A DNA stretch of 31,418 bases from Tolypothrix carrinoi HA7290-LM1 (GCA_019358935.1 JAHHIK010000097.1:1-31418); one strand, 5' to 3'. Positions 1 through 9,493 are shown, counted from the stretch's first letter. Program-made: numbers and translations. The notes: a model not told the origin generated them from the letters alone.

Positions 1-125
1 GGAGGGAACCCCGTTATTGCTGATAGAGGCTGTGTAAGACCACCTACTCGTAAGGGCAAGGGGCAACGGTCAATGAAATCAGAAGCCCACACCGTACCCG
101 ATAGGGTCGGTGTTGGGTAGTTCAC
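1..125 (+). mobile_element. tnpB: Right end of an IS200/IS605-family element: 3' end of tnpB (stop at 118-120) plus subterminal hairpin and TCAC terminus
   Basis: Frame 1 reads GGNPVIADRGCVRPPTRKGKGQRSMKSEAHTVPDRVGVG*, resembling cyanobacterial TnpB tails. GAAG (82-85) precedes the hairpin CCCACACCG..CGGTGTTGGG (86-117), and the element ends TCAC (122-125) exactly where the serine hydrolase homology stops. Confidence 0.8.
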
Positions 126-1170
126 CAATGATTCTCTCACCGCATCTAGGATGGGGGTTGGATCGAATCCAGATTTGTTTGCTAAAATCACAATGCCAAA
201 TTTTTGGCTGGGAATAGTTTCTAGGGCAGTTGTGTAACCATTGATTGCACCACCATGCCCAATAGTAGTGATGCCATCCTCTTGGGTAACAAACAATCCC
301 AATCCATATCCCACATTCAGGGGAGTAATTTTCAGTACAGGGGTTTTCATAGTTTGCACGGAAGCTTGACTCAGAACTGATTTCCCTGAGAGTTTGCCAT
401 CCTGCAACAAGAACAGCATTAATTGTGATAAATCTTCCACTGATGAAAAAGCAAACCCAGCCGGATATTGAGCAGCATTATCTGGTGTGGGACGGACAAT
501 TTCTAATTTAGTTTTACCTGGTTGATATCCTTCTGAAGCAAGATAGGTAATGGCAACCTTTGGATCGAATGTCGTGCGTGTCATTCCCAACGCCGGGAAG
601 ACATGTTTCGCCATATACTCAATGTAGGGCATTCCACTAACTCGTTCGAGTACCAATCCAGCCACACTAAAACCAGGGTTAGAATAGCTGAGAACCGTTC
701 CGGGAGGTGCGAAGGCGTTTTTTGGGGTAAAACTGGTAACATAGTCCTTAAGCGCTGCTGCATCGGTGCGTCCATAGGGTTCTACACTATCAAGTAATCC
801 GGCAGTGTGGGAAATTAGTTGCCGGACTGTAATTTTTGGATTGACCTTAAACTCACAGAAGGTAACTTACAACGGGTTCATCAAGTTTTATCTGACCTGC
901 TTCTACCAGTTGCATTAAGCCAATTACCGTTAGTGGTTTTGTGGTCGAGCCAATGCGGAATAGGGTATTAGAAGTTACAGATTCTTTGGTTTGTGTGTTG
1001 CGATCGCCAAATCCCTGTTTAAATACAACTTTGCCATTTTGCACAATTGCCACTGCCAATCCGGGCACATTCTGCGCTTTCATCTGTGCGTGAATAGCAG
1101 TGATAATTGGCTGAAATTCTGGATTTAGAGATTGTTCAAAGCTTGGGGTAGCAATAGTGCTTGATTGCAT
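126..1170 (-). pseudogene. Serine hydrolase / class C beta-lactamase family protein, frameshifted near 855-860 and interrupted at its 3' end by the IS
   Basis: The first frame has SxxK (GSTTK). After a 1-nt shift the frame reads EFKVNPKITVRQLISHTAGL..YSNPGF..GHGGAINGY..DAVRESL and is open until the IS end at 125. Confidence 0.88.
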
Positions 1171-1491
1171 ATGTGATAGACCTAATATCGAAATAAATTT
1201 GGATTAATGTCTTTATCTTATAAATTAAAAAGCGCTACCCACTCCACCAACTGTGCTAACAAATCGATGGATTAAGCAAAGCTTATCTCACTCAATCGAG
1301 TCATCCGATCGGGTGAGTCAACAGAGTGAATCAATCGTGGGAGGTTGTAATTAAATGCCTGACTTTATTATTCGGTTATGGCATTCAGGCTCTTGTTAAA
1401 CAAAATGAAAATACTTGCTCATCCCAAATTCAAACTAGACACTGTTTCTGTTGTAAAAGGGTGATTTTATACAAAAAGTGAGACAATAATT

Positions 1492-2085
1492 ATGCAATTA
1501 AAACTGAGAAATAATACTCGTATATCTGTTCTTGTCTTGGCGTTAGTTGGCAGTGCTGTAGCTTCGATGCAGTTATTGATATTACAAAAGCCTGCTATAG
1601 CTAGAGAGTCAGTACGGCGATGTATCCAAGACCTGATTGACGATGGTATCTCTGAAACTAATGCTGCGATCGCTTGTCGCGGTCAGCGAGATAATGATTG
1701 GCGCAATTATAGGAATAGAGATAATTATAGGGATAGTGACGGTAACTTAGAATTACGGGCAAGGTCTGGACCGACACCAGAGGGACGCTGGCGCTATTCA
1801 GCGCCCGGTGTGCCTTACGATGCCATGATTCGTGCTGGTTGTCAAAATGTGAGTGGAGATGATTGGCGCTGTCCAACTCCCAGATTGCGAGTTGATGTTC
1901 AGAGTCGGGTACGATTTCTCGAATTGCGGGCAAGGTCTGGACCGACACCAGAAGGACGCTGGCGTTATTCAGCCCCAGGTGTGTCAATTGATGCTATGAA
2001 TCGTGCGGGTTGTCAAAATGTAAATGGAGATGATTGGCGCTGCCCAACCCCCAGATTACGAGTCGAGGTTACAGAAAAATACTGA
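1492..2085 (+). CDS. Putative secreted protein with two tandem ~50-aa Cys-containing repeats
   Basis: N-terminal signal-like hydrophobic stretch followed by a duplicated LELRARSGPTPEGRWRYSAPGV..DAM.RAGCQNV.GDDWRCPTPRLRV unit. The two copies carry synonymous differences. Confidence 0.8.
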   Translation: MQLKLRNNTRISVLVLALVGSAVASMQLLILQKPAIARESVRRCIQDLIDDGISETNAAIACRGQRDNDWRNYRNRDNYRDSDGNLELRARSGPTPEGRWRYSAPGVPYDAMIRAGCQNVSGDDWRCPTPRLRVDVQSRVRFLELRARSGPTPEGRWRYSAPGVSIDAMNRAGCQNVNGDDWRCPTPRLRVEVTEKY

Positions 2086-2102
2086 GAAAAAGGGGCATGG
2101 GG

Positions 2103-2267
2103 GAGGCAGTGCGGTGAGACCAGCCCCCGTCTTGGTGAGTCCACTTGCCGTCTTGGCGGTTTCCGTCACGATGGCAAAGTGGCGAACCCGAAGGGCGGTC
2201 TCCGTCACGATGGGGGACTGGCGAACCCGAAGGGTCTTGGGGATCACCTGCGTGGAGCACCTGCCGT
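2103..2267. mobile_element. Three-level nested short dispersed repeat (SDR-like) elements inside a GGGGCAT heptamer tract
   Basis: Outer AGGCAGTGCGGT|CTTGGGG..GGAGCACCTGCCGT contains insert 2116-2235, which itself contains a homologous insert 2137-2195. Both inserts end GGCGAACCCGAAGGG. Confidence 0.75.
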
Positions 2268-2385
2268 CATGGGGCATTGGGGAGTGAGGAGTTAGGAGTT
2301 AGGAGTTGGAAGAATCTTCCCCTTTCCCCTTTTGCCTTTCCCTATCATCCCGGAAATATGCAATGCCTTTTTTATGTATTGGTGA

Positions 2386-3093
2386 TTAATTCCAACGCAG
2401 GACTTTTTCTTTGATTATGGTTTGACCGTTGTCAGAAATTCTTAGCACTTTTCGGGTGAGAACATAACGGATATCACCGTTAACTGCAATATACTGACTA
2501 GCTTCAGGTGCGCCTTTAGAATTATAGCTAGAGAGTGGAACTGCGATGCGACGATTGCCACTTCTAGTTATAGCAATATAGTTTGTGGGAAGATTGCTGC
2601 CGCAAATATAAACAATAAAGCTTTTGGTTTCGGCTTCACCAAAGATATTTTCACCTTCAAGACAAGCTTTAGCAAGAGGTTGACCGTCACCAGCGATCGC
2701 ATTATTTACTCTTTCTTTGAGAACAACACGCTTGTTTTTGATTACTTGCAGTTCATAGGGGGTGACTGCGTATGCTATTTCTCCCTTGCTAGCAATATAA
2801 GTTTCACCAGTTGTGCTAGTTACTGGTACGGTGATTTTACTATTATCTGTTTTAGAAATACGCACGTAATACCCCAGCGCGTTGTTATTATCTCCTCGGC
2901 AAATATAAACAGAATATTTAGCTGTATCGAAACTGCGCTTGGGTAGCAAGTTTGCCGATGGACAAATTTGTGGCTGTGGGTTAACAGCTTTTACTGACGG
3001 TGTAAGTAAAAATAACGTAGTTGCACTCAGCAAAGCTAACTTTAAAGTACCTTTGCAATTGAACCCTGTTTGTAAAAATTTCATGTTTATCAA
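2386..3093 (-). CDS. Putative secreted protein with two internally repeated domains ((F/A)-(D/E)-T..YIC motif)
   Basis: Signal peptide ending VKA. FDTAKYSVYICRG..KITVPV..Y is echoed by AETKSFIVYICGS..RIAVPL..Y, and each domain ends V/I-L/I-KE-R/K-V. Confidence 0.8.
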   Translation of the reverse strand: MINMKFLQTGFNCKGTLKLALLSATTLFLLTPSVKAVNPQPQICPSANLLPKRSFDTAKYSVYICRGDNNNALGYYVRISKTDNSKITVPVTSTTGETYIASKGEIAYAVTPYELQVIKNKRVVLKERVNNAIAGDGQPLAKACLEGENIFGEAETKSFIVYICGSNLPTNYIAITRSGNRRIAVPLSSYNSKGAPEASQYIAVNGDIRYVLTRKVLRISDNGQTIIKEKVLRWN

Positions 3094-3183
3094 GTTTTAA
3101 TCAGTAAAATCACCGTCGCCACAACTAGTTGATGGCGTGAAATTTCAGTAATCTAACGGTAGAAAAAGTGTTTTTATTATCGT

Positions 3184-3223
3184 AAAAAAAGAGGCTCAGG
3201 ACAAGTAGATATCCTGAGCGCTC
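3184..3223 (-). terminator. Intrinsic terminator downstream of the SRPBCC gene
   Basis: GCTCAGGA..TCCTGAGC stem preceded by an A7 tract on + (a U-tract on the minus strand). Confidence 0.6.
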
Positions 3224-3278
3224 ATATATTCTTTAATAAAAGTGATTTTTCCGTGTTTTTACTGTTAAGTATATTTTC

Positions 3279-3728
3279 TTAACTTGACTCGCACTCGCGT
3301 TTAGTTACATAATGACGGTAGCGAAACATAGCTTCTAGTTGTGCTTGCACTAGCCAACCGCTAAAAAATTCTACAGAATCGCCACCTGGCATTGAAAAGG
3401 CGATCGCATCAGTTAATTTAGTTTTGCCATTCTCTGGTTCAAATTGATGTCGATGCACCCAAGATTCAAAGGGACCTGATATCTGTTCGTCGGTAAATAG
3501 ACGATATTCTTCACATTCGGTGTGACGCGCTAACCAAGTTAAAGGTAATAGTCCTAAGAAAAGGCGAAATTCTGTAATTGCACCAACGTTAAGTCCCCCC
3601 TCGCGACGCATAACTTGCACTGGTTGCCAAGGTGGGGTAAGCAGTTGTAAGATGTCTGGTCTTTCGTGAAATTTCCAAACAACTTCTACGGGTGCATTAA
3701 TTACTGAAGAATGTTTAAAGTGAAGCAT
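3279..3728 (-). CDS. SRPBCC (polyketide cyclase/START-like) family protein
   Basis: Motifs SVINAPVEVVWKFH, LTPPW, FTDEQISGPFESWVHRHQF and MFRYRH. Confidence 0.88.
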   Translation of the reverse strand: MLHFKHSSVINAPVEVVWKFHERPDILQLLTPPWQPVQVMRREGGLNVGAITEFRLFLGLLPLTWLARHTECEEYRLFTDEQISGPFESWVHRHQFEPENGKTKLTDAIAFSMPGGDSVEFFSGWLVQAQLEAMFRYRHYVTKRECESS

Positions 3729-3747
3729 TGACAGAAGAACCTAAAAT

Positions 3748-3936
3748 TCAACCTTCGTATTCTGTATCAATTTCTATATCTAAAGTTTCTTCATCTACCC
3801 GCAGATATAGAATGTTTGGACGACAGCAAACTTGACAATCTTCTACATAAGATTGCTGTCCACCTGCACTTAAGTCTACAAAGGTTACGTTTGGTTCGCC
3901 GCAATAGGCACAGTAAAATTCAGATGTTGTTTGCAT
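3748..3936 (-). CDS. CPXCG motif-containing cysteine-rich small protein
   Basis: CAYCGE..DLSAGGQQSYVEDCQVCCRP. Confidence 0.88.
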   Translation of the reverse strand: MQTTSEFYCAYCGEPNVTFVDLSAGGQQSYVEDCQVCCRPNILYLRVDEETLDIEIDTEYEG

Positions 3937-3954
3937 GGAAAGATTATTGAATGA

Positions 3955-4030
3955 ACGAACCGCAGAGAAGCCAGCGCTGTGCGGGGGTGGAGGAGTTTGA
4001 GGCGACTGGCGCGACGCAGAGGACGCAGAG
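3955..4030. repeat. Composite short dispersed repeat (ACGAACCGCAGAG host with an inserted CCAGCGC..GGCGACTGG element), copy 1
   Basis: Near-identical to 14227-14303. Confidence 0.75.
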
Positions 4031-4080
4031 GAAGAAGAGTTGGAGAGTTTTTGCGCTCATTCCTGTCTACGTTAAAAAAA

Positions 4081-5727
4081 TTACAAGTTTAATGGCTGTA
4101 GTTCTTTTGCCGATGAGTTAAATTTACTTGTGGCGTCAGCCAGGTGCTTAATTAGTGTAGACTGTGGTAAGGGTCCTTGCAAGTGACTCCAGGGTAATAT
4201 TTGTTCGGTTGACCAGTCGGTGTGAACGTAAGAATCTAAGTCGGGAATTTGTTTTTTGAGTTGTTTGAAAGCACGTTTGTAACTACCTAAAGAATCGCCA
4301 AAGTTGCGAGTTAGTTGTAAAAGTTGGGAAAGTCGGCGATCGCCTCTCGATAATAATGCTTGAATTATTGACCAATTGTAACTTTCTGGGCGAAAATCTA
4401 TTCCCTGCGGTTTGAGTTGTTTTTGTAAAAATTGCAACCGCTTCTCCGCTTGGCGATTTACTCCAAACCATTGAAAGGGCGTGTGTGCTTTGGGTACAAA
4501 GGTGCTGCATCCTAGTGTTAACCGCAATCCTGGTGCAGCTTTTTTAACAGCACGCATCATCGTTACAGTTTGATCTAAATCTTCTGATTGTTCGCCGGGA
4601 ATTCCTGCCATGCCGTAAAGTTTTAAACTAGATAATCCGCCAGCTTTGGCGTTTACCGCAGCTTGAATGATTTCCTCATTATGCAGCTTTTTGTTAATGA
4701 TTTCGCGTAATTTTTCCGAACCGCTTTCTATGGCAATGGTAAGCGATCGCGTGTCTCGTTTTGCCAAAGTTTGCGCTAATTGTACCGTTACTGTATTAGT
4801 TCGCACTGAGGCAATACTCAAGCGTACATCGTCATATTTTGGCTGACTAATATAATTGAGTAACGATTCAAATTCGGGATGCTGAGTAACTGAAGCTCCT
4901 AATAATCCTAACCGATTTGTGACAGCTAAACCTCTTTCGATTGCGGGAATTAAAGATTCTTCGATACTTGCAGTTCTAAAAGGTAAAGTGAGATAACTTG
5001 CCAAACAGAAGCGGCACATTTCTGGGCAACTTCTCACCACTTCCACCATGTAAATATTTTCCCAAGCGGCTTTTTCGGTGACGACAGTTGAAGCTGAAAG
5101 AACATTTCCACGGTAAGTTTGCTTTTGCACTATTGCGGGAATTTCTGGGGAGATTGGTTGAATTGATTTGATATCACCATCCAAACTGTGATATTCAACT
5201 TGATACAAACTAGGAACATAAATTCCCGGTACTTGTGCAAGTGCTTTTAATTGGATTTGTCTAGAAGCGTTTCTAACTTCTTTGTAAGCTTCAATGAAAT
5301 TCCCTAATAAATCTTCGCCATCTCCGAGTAAAATTACATCAAAGAAATCGGCGAAAGGTTCGGGGTTAGCTGTGAGGACGGGACCCCCACCAAAAACTAT
5401 CGGATGATTGCGATCGCGAATATCTGCCCTAATAGGAATTTCTAAAGATTCCAGCAGATTTAAAATATTCACATAATCTAATTCCCACGACATCGAAAAG
5501 CCGAGTAATTCCGGTTTCTTTTGAAGTTGTTCGTGAGTATCGGTAAATAAGCGACTGACTTGCACATCATCACGCATTGCCAAAGTAGCCCATACTACCT
5601 GATAGCCTAGGCTAGTGATTCCCACAGTGTATTCATTGGGGAAAGCGAAAATTGTCGGGATAGCGTCGTTGTCGGGGGTTGTGGGAGTGAATAAAAGGCG
5701 TTCAGCAGCGAATACAGATGATGTCAC
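4081..5727 (-). CDS. B12-binding-domain radical SAM protein
   Basis: CxxxCxxC motif (CPEMCRFC), VFGGGPVLTANPEP and FVPKAHTPFQW; GTG start. Confidence 0.9.
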   Translation of the reverse strand: MTSSVFAAERLLFTPTTPDNDAIPTIFAFPNEYTVGITSLGYQVVWATLAMRDDVQVSRLFTDTHEQLQKKPELLGFSMSWELDYVNILNLLESLEIPIRADIRDRNHPIVFGGGPVLTANPEPFADFFDVILLGDGEDLLGNFIEAYKEVRNASRQIQLKALAQVPGIYVPSLYQVEYHSLDGDIKSIQPISPEIPAIVQKQTYRGNVLSASTVVTEKAAWENIYMVEVVRSCPEMCRFCLASYLTLPFRTASIEESLIPAIERGLAVTNRLGLLGASVTQHPEFESLLNYISQPKYDDVRLSIASVRTNTVTVQLAQTLAKRDTRSLTIAIESGSEKLREIINKKLHNEEIIQAAVNAKAGGLSSLKLYGMAGIPGEQSEDLDQTVTMMRAVKKAAPGLRLTLGCSTFVPKAHTPFQWFGVNRQAEKRLQFLQKQLKPQGIDFRPESYNWSIIQALLSRGDRRLSQLLQLTRNFGDSLGSYKRAFKQLKKQIPDLDSYVHTDWSTEQILPWSHLQGPLPQSTLIKHLADATSKFNSSAKELQPLNL

Positions 5728-5780
5728 AGTTGTTTTTTAGGGATTAGGGATTATTAGTTGTCAAAAAAAGTGTCACGCCA

Positions 5781-5860
5781 GTAGGGTGCGTTAGCGACGA
5801 AAGTACGGCACCATTATCAAGGATTTGGTGCGTTAGGATGAAATCCGTAACGCACCCTAC
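5781..5860. repeat. REP-like palindromic element (GTAGGGTGCGTTA..TAACGCACCCTAC)
   Basis: 13-bp terminal inverted repeat beginning GTAG; a related copy lies at 12510-12565. Confidence 0.75.
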
Positions 5861-5874
5861 AATACCTAGTTCCT

Positions 5875-6177
5875 TCATCTATATTTAATTTTAAGCCATA
5901 TAATTATGATGTTAAAAAATAATGTTACCCCGTTTGCGAGAATAATCGGCAACGCTTGTAGAGATATCCCGTAGACTAGCCATAAAAAAATGCCAATATT
6001 GAAAGTAATCAGCATGACATATGAAACATCTTTGGCTGATTTCCTTTGCCATGTTTTTATCATCTGCGGGATGAATGAAAATGTTGTTAATGTAGCGGCG
6101 ACTAATCCCAAAATTGTAGTAGAATCGATTATTCTGCAACCCTTTAACGCACTACCCCACATTCCAGCAGATTTCAC
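5875..6177 (-). CDS. SemiSWEET / PQ-loop sugar transporter (start codon uncertain)
   Basis: LGLVAATLTTFSFIPQMIKTW..SAKDVS..GIFLWLVYG..PIILAN, with three TM helices. Confidence 0.88.
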   Translation of the reverse strand: MKSAGMWGSALKGCRIIDSTTILGLVAATLTTFSFIPQMIKTWQRKSAKDVSYVMLITFNIGIFLWLVYGISLQALPIILANGVTLFFNIIIIWLKIKYR

Positions 6178-6217
6178 TCAAGTAAAATCTACTGGTTATT
6201 TTACTTGAGATTTAAGC

Positions 6218-8005
6218 CTAATTTTTTGGCTTTTTCAGATAAGACTTAGCCCAAGCATATCGCTGTGAATCTTTTTTCAGTAAGTAATTCACTGCATCCT
6301 GTCGTTTAATCTCATCTTTTGTACTTCTGACTACTCGCTTGATTTCATCATCTATTTCCTCGGTTTTAGCGCCACGTTTCACTGCTTCTGCAAAGTAATA
6401 ATCTCCTGTTGAATATTCACCTTTATCATAGTAAATTGCTCCCAGTAAAGTGTAAGGTTGATAACTTTGAGGATGATATTCAATAGCTTTTTTGGCAGAA
6501 CTTTCTGCATTAAATAAATCATCAATGTCTCTGAACGCTGCACCTCTAGTTACTAAAATAGCTGACTTGAGATTACTTTCGCGGATACTGCTTAAGTCTA
6601 GATTAGTTAACTGTAATGCGCGTTCTGGTTCATCTGCTTTTCGCCAATAACTACTAGCAGTAGGAATGTGCCATTTATGTCCAGTGCGTTTAAATTCCTC
6701 TTCATAAAAATCTGCTTCCAGTTTGTAATGTGCAATAATAATTTTTGCCTCACGAGATAATAGATTTTGTTCTATAAGATGAACAACTAAGAGAGGATCT
6801 AGCCGCTCTTTTTTCTCCAGTTTTAGCATTATTGTGTAAAACGGTTCAAACGGTAATTGATTTCCAGGATCTAAAAGTGCATACTTTTTCTTGAGAGTTG
6901 CAAAGTGCTTTTGTTTAGCGAAAGTAATGATATCTTCACGTTGATTCTGTTTTAGCCAGTCTATCTCTGACTCACTTAGTAGTTCTCCTGATTCTACCTT
7001 TTTATTAAGAATATAAGCATATTTTTCGTTAGCGATCGCAATCGTTTCACTCAGTTTACGCTTTTTGAGAAAATTCATATCCTGCTCACTGACCTGATTT
7101 TCAAAATCAAGTCTTTTGAGAACTTTGTACAAATAACTTGAAGGAGATGAATCCTCATATTGGGTTGCTTTATACTTAGCTTTCAAAACAGCAAATTCTC
7201 GCTTTTGTTCAAGTTCATTAATAATAGCAAGCGTTTCCGTTAAACCGTGTTGTTCCAGCCAGTAAATTTCTGAATAAATTAGCTTTTTATCGGCATCAAG
7301 TTTTTGTAAAATGCTGTAAATACGAAGTTCAGCGACTAAATCCAACTGTTTATTTACTTGGTACTTCGTCTTCAAATTTGCAAATTCAGCCTCTCTTGCT
7401 GCTTCTTGTTGTAGAAAAATTTCCAAAGTTTCCAAAAGTTCTTGATTCAATAGCCAGTTCGCTTCTTCATCGCTTAATCGTTCTTTTATCTCAAGTTTTT
7501 TTAATATTTGATATAGTGGACTATTGGGAGATGAATCTTGATGTTTAGTAGCTTGGTACTTTGCCTTTAGCGTATTAAATCTTTTTATTTCCTCAACGAT
7601 ATTAACTGTTTTATCAAGTTTATTATCTTTTAATAATTTTATTTCTGAATCACTTAAGTGGTTTTCTGCTTTTAGTTTCCAAAGTATTGGATATAGAAAA
7701 CTGGTTAGCGATAAATCACAGTGTTTGGGGACTTTATATTTAGTTTTAAGATAGCAAAAGTCAGCTTCTAGTCTTTTAACTTCTTCTGTTCTACGTTGTT
7801 CCAGCCAGATAATTTCAAGTGTTTCACAAAGTTCTTGCTTTCTCAACCAATCAAACTCTAATTCAGTTAGTTCAATTCCTAAGTCAACTTTTCGCAAGAT
7901 AAGATACAGAAGACTCTCAGGTGATGAATCTTGATACTTAGTCGCTTGGTACTTGGATTTGAGAATAGCAAAGTGTTTTAAACGATTTTCAAACTCTTTT
8001 TCCAT
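6218..8005 (-). CDS. Repeat protein with ~6 F..LK.KY..D..Y.IL.KL repeats and a C-terminal TPR region
   Basis: Internal 60-70 aa repeats are visible in the translation. TPR-like segment RGAAFRD..AKKAIEYHPQSYQPYTLLGAIYYDKGEY. Confidence 0.8.
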   Translation of the reverse strand: MEKEFENRLKHFAILKSKYQATKYQDSSPESLLYLILRKVDLGIELTELEFDWLRKQELCETLEIIWLEQRRTEEVKRLEADFCYLKTKYKVPKHCDLSLTSFLYPILWKLKAENHLSDSEIKLLKDNKLDKTVNIVEEIKRFNTLKAKYQATKHQDSSPNSPLYQILKKLEIKERLSDEEANWLLNQELLETLEIFLQQEAAREAEFANLKTKYQVNKQLDLVAELRIYSILQKLDADKKLIYSEIYWLEQHGLTETLAIINELEQKREFAVLKAKYKATQYEDSSPSSYLYKVLKRLDFENQVSEQDMNFLKKRKLSETIAIANEKYAYILNKKVESGELLSESEIDWLKQNQREDIITFAKQKHFATLKKKYALLDPGNQLPFEPFYTIMLKLEKKERLDPLLVVHLIEQNLLSREAKIIIAHYKLEADFYEEEFKRTGHKWHIPTASSYWRKADEPERALQLTNLDLSSIRESNLKSAILVTRGAAFRDIDDLFNAESSAKKAIEYHPQSYQPYTLLGAIYYDKGEYSTGDYYFAEAVKRGAKTEEIDDEIKRVVRSTKDEIKRQDAVNYLLKKDSQRYAWAKSYLKKPKN

Positions 8006-8047
8006 GTTGATAGAAGCAGCGATAACATTGCTTAATTTGTGTCAAGA

Positions 8048-8216
8048 AGAAGGGTGTAGGGGGTAGGGGGTAGGGTTGCAGGTCTCGTTGACGGCATTGG
8101 TCGGGGAATCATACGCCCCGACCAATGCAAACGCGAGTGAAAAACGGGGCGTATGTTTCCCACTGGTTGTTGGGGCTATCACGAATGTGCAACCCCACAC
8201 CCTACACCCCACACCC
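8048..8216. mobile_element. MITE-like element bounded by inverted heptamer (GGGTGTA/GGGGGTA) tracts, with a structured core
   Basis: AGAAGGGTGTAGGGGGTAGGG at the left end is identical to the reverse complement of 21620-21640. The outer inverted repeat is GGGTTGCA/TGCAACCC. Confidence 0.6.
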
Positions 8217-8326
8217 CGCCCCAACGGGGCTTGGTCATTTGCCACTATAACAACACTTAAAAAAAACAGGGATGGCAAAATCACCACCCCACACTGGGAA
8301 ATTTTCTTGAGAAAACTGCGTGTTAC

Positions 8327-9415
8327 CTACAAAACTTTACACTGTCCTTCCTGCCGCAATAAATGATCGCACAGCACTAAAGCAACCATCGCTTCTACCA
8401 TCGGCACAGCACGCGGTAAAACGCAAGGATCGTGCCTTCCTTTAGCGGCTAAAAGCGTTTCTTCACCCTCATTAGTCACCGTCTTCTGTTCTTTTCTAAT
8501 GGTGGCTGTCGGCTTAAATGCTACCCGTAAAATGATATTCTCACCGTTGGAAATTCCCCCTTGAATTCCCCCGGAACGGTTAGTTACAGTGCGAATTTCA
8601 CCGTTTTCATCAATATAATATTCGTCGTTGTGTTCAATTCCAGTTAACAGCGTCCCCGCGAAACCTGAACCGATTTCAAAACCTTTACTAGCGGGGAGAG
8701 ACATTACACCTTTGGCAATATCTGCTTCTAATTTATCAAAAACTGGAACGCCTAAACCTTTGGGAACATTTCGCGCTACACATTCTACCACACCACCGAT
8801 AGAATCGCCTTGCCTACCGATCGCCTCAATTAATTCAATCATCCGTTCGGCACATTCAGCATCGGGACAGCGGACGATGTTACTTTCAACTTGTTCTAAA
8901 GTGACGGTATTTGCATCAATCGCACCTTCTAAATCTTTGATGCGCTTGACGTAACCGATAACTTCCACATTAGCGACTTGACGAAGAATTTTTTTAGCGA
9001 TCGCACCGGCTGCTACTCTACCAATTGTCTCACGCGCCGACGATCTACCGCCACCTTGCCAATTACGAATGCCATATTTGGCATCATACGTCGCATCCGC
9101 ATGAGAAGGACGATACTTTTGTTGCATTTCGTCGTAATCTTGAGAACGAGCGTCTTTGTTCCGCACCAAAATTGATATTGGTGTTCCCAGAGTTTTACCC
9201 TCAAACACTCCAGAGAGAATTTCGCACTTATCTTCTTCTTTGCGAGGTGTTGTAATCTTACTTTGTCCCGGACGCCTTCTATCTAACTCTACTTGAATTT
9301 CTTCAGCAGAAATTTCTAGCCGTGGTGGACAACCATCAATGATAACTCCCACACCACCGCCGTGAGACTCGCCAAAAGTAGTAATGCGAAATAAATGCCC
9401 AAAAGTGTTGCCCAT
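8327..9415 (-). CDS. aroC: Chorismate synthase
   Basis: [43 protein letters not shown] and GRHDPCV signatures. Confidence 0.98.
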   Translation of the reverse strand: MGNTFGHLFRITTFGESHGGGVGVIIDGCPPRLEISAEEIQVELDRRRPGQSKITTPRKEEDKCEILSGVFEGKTLGTPISILVRNKDARSQDYDEMQQKYRPSHADATYDAKYGIRNWQGGGRSSARETIGRVAAGAIAKKILRQVANVEVIGYVKRIKDLEGAIDANTVTLEQVESNIVRCPDAECAERMIELIEAIGRQGDSIGGVVECVARNVPKGLGVPVFDKLEADIAKGVMSLPASKGFEIGSGFAGTLLTGIEHNDEYYIDENGEIRTVTNRSGGIQGGISNGENIILRVAFKPTATIRKEQKTVTNEGEETLLAAKGRHDPCVLPRAVPMVEAMVALVLCDHLLRQEGQCKVL

Positions 9416-9427
9416 AATTAAAAAGAG

Positions 9428-9493
9428 TTAGGTAGAGACGTTCCACCGGAACGTCTGTATTTAGGTAGAGACGTTCCACCGGAACGTCTGTAC
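9428..9493. repeat. Tandem duplication (2 x 33 bp) of the REP-like hairpin GTAGAGACGTTCCACCGGAACGTCT, immediately upstream of aroC
   Basis: Direct repeat at 9428-9460 and 9461-9493; same family as 18462-18490. Confidence 0.8.

Noticed and set aside
2024..2414. Short ORFs 2024-2287, 2056-2277, 2069-2260 and 2145-2414 (similarly 8042-8366)
   Set aside because: They are translations of GC-rich repeat elements.
8628..9255. Antisense or alternative-frame ORFs over aroC and other long genes (e.g. 16887-17366, 26264-26674)
   Set aside because: Shadow ORFs of well-supported genes, with no recognisable motifs.
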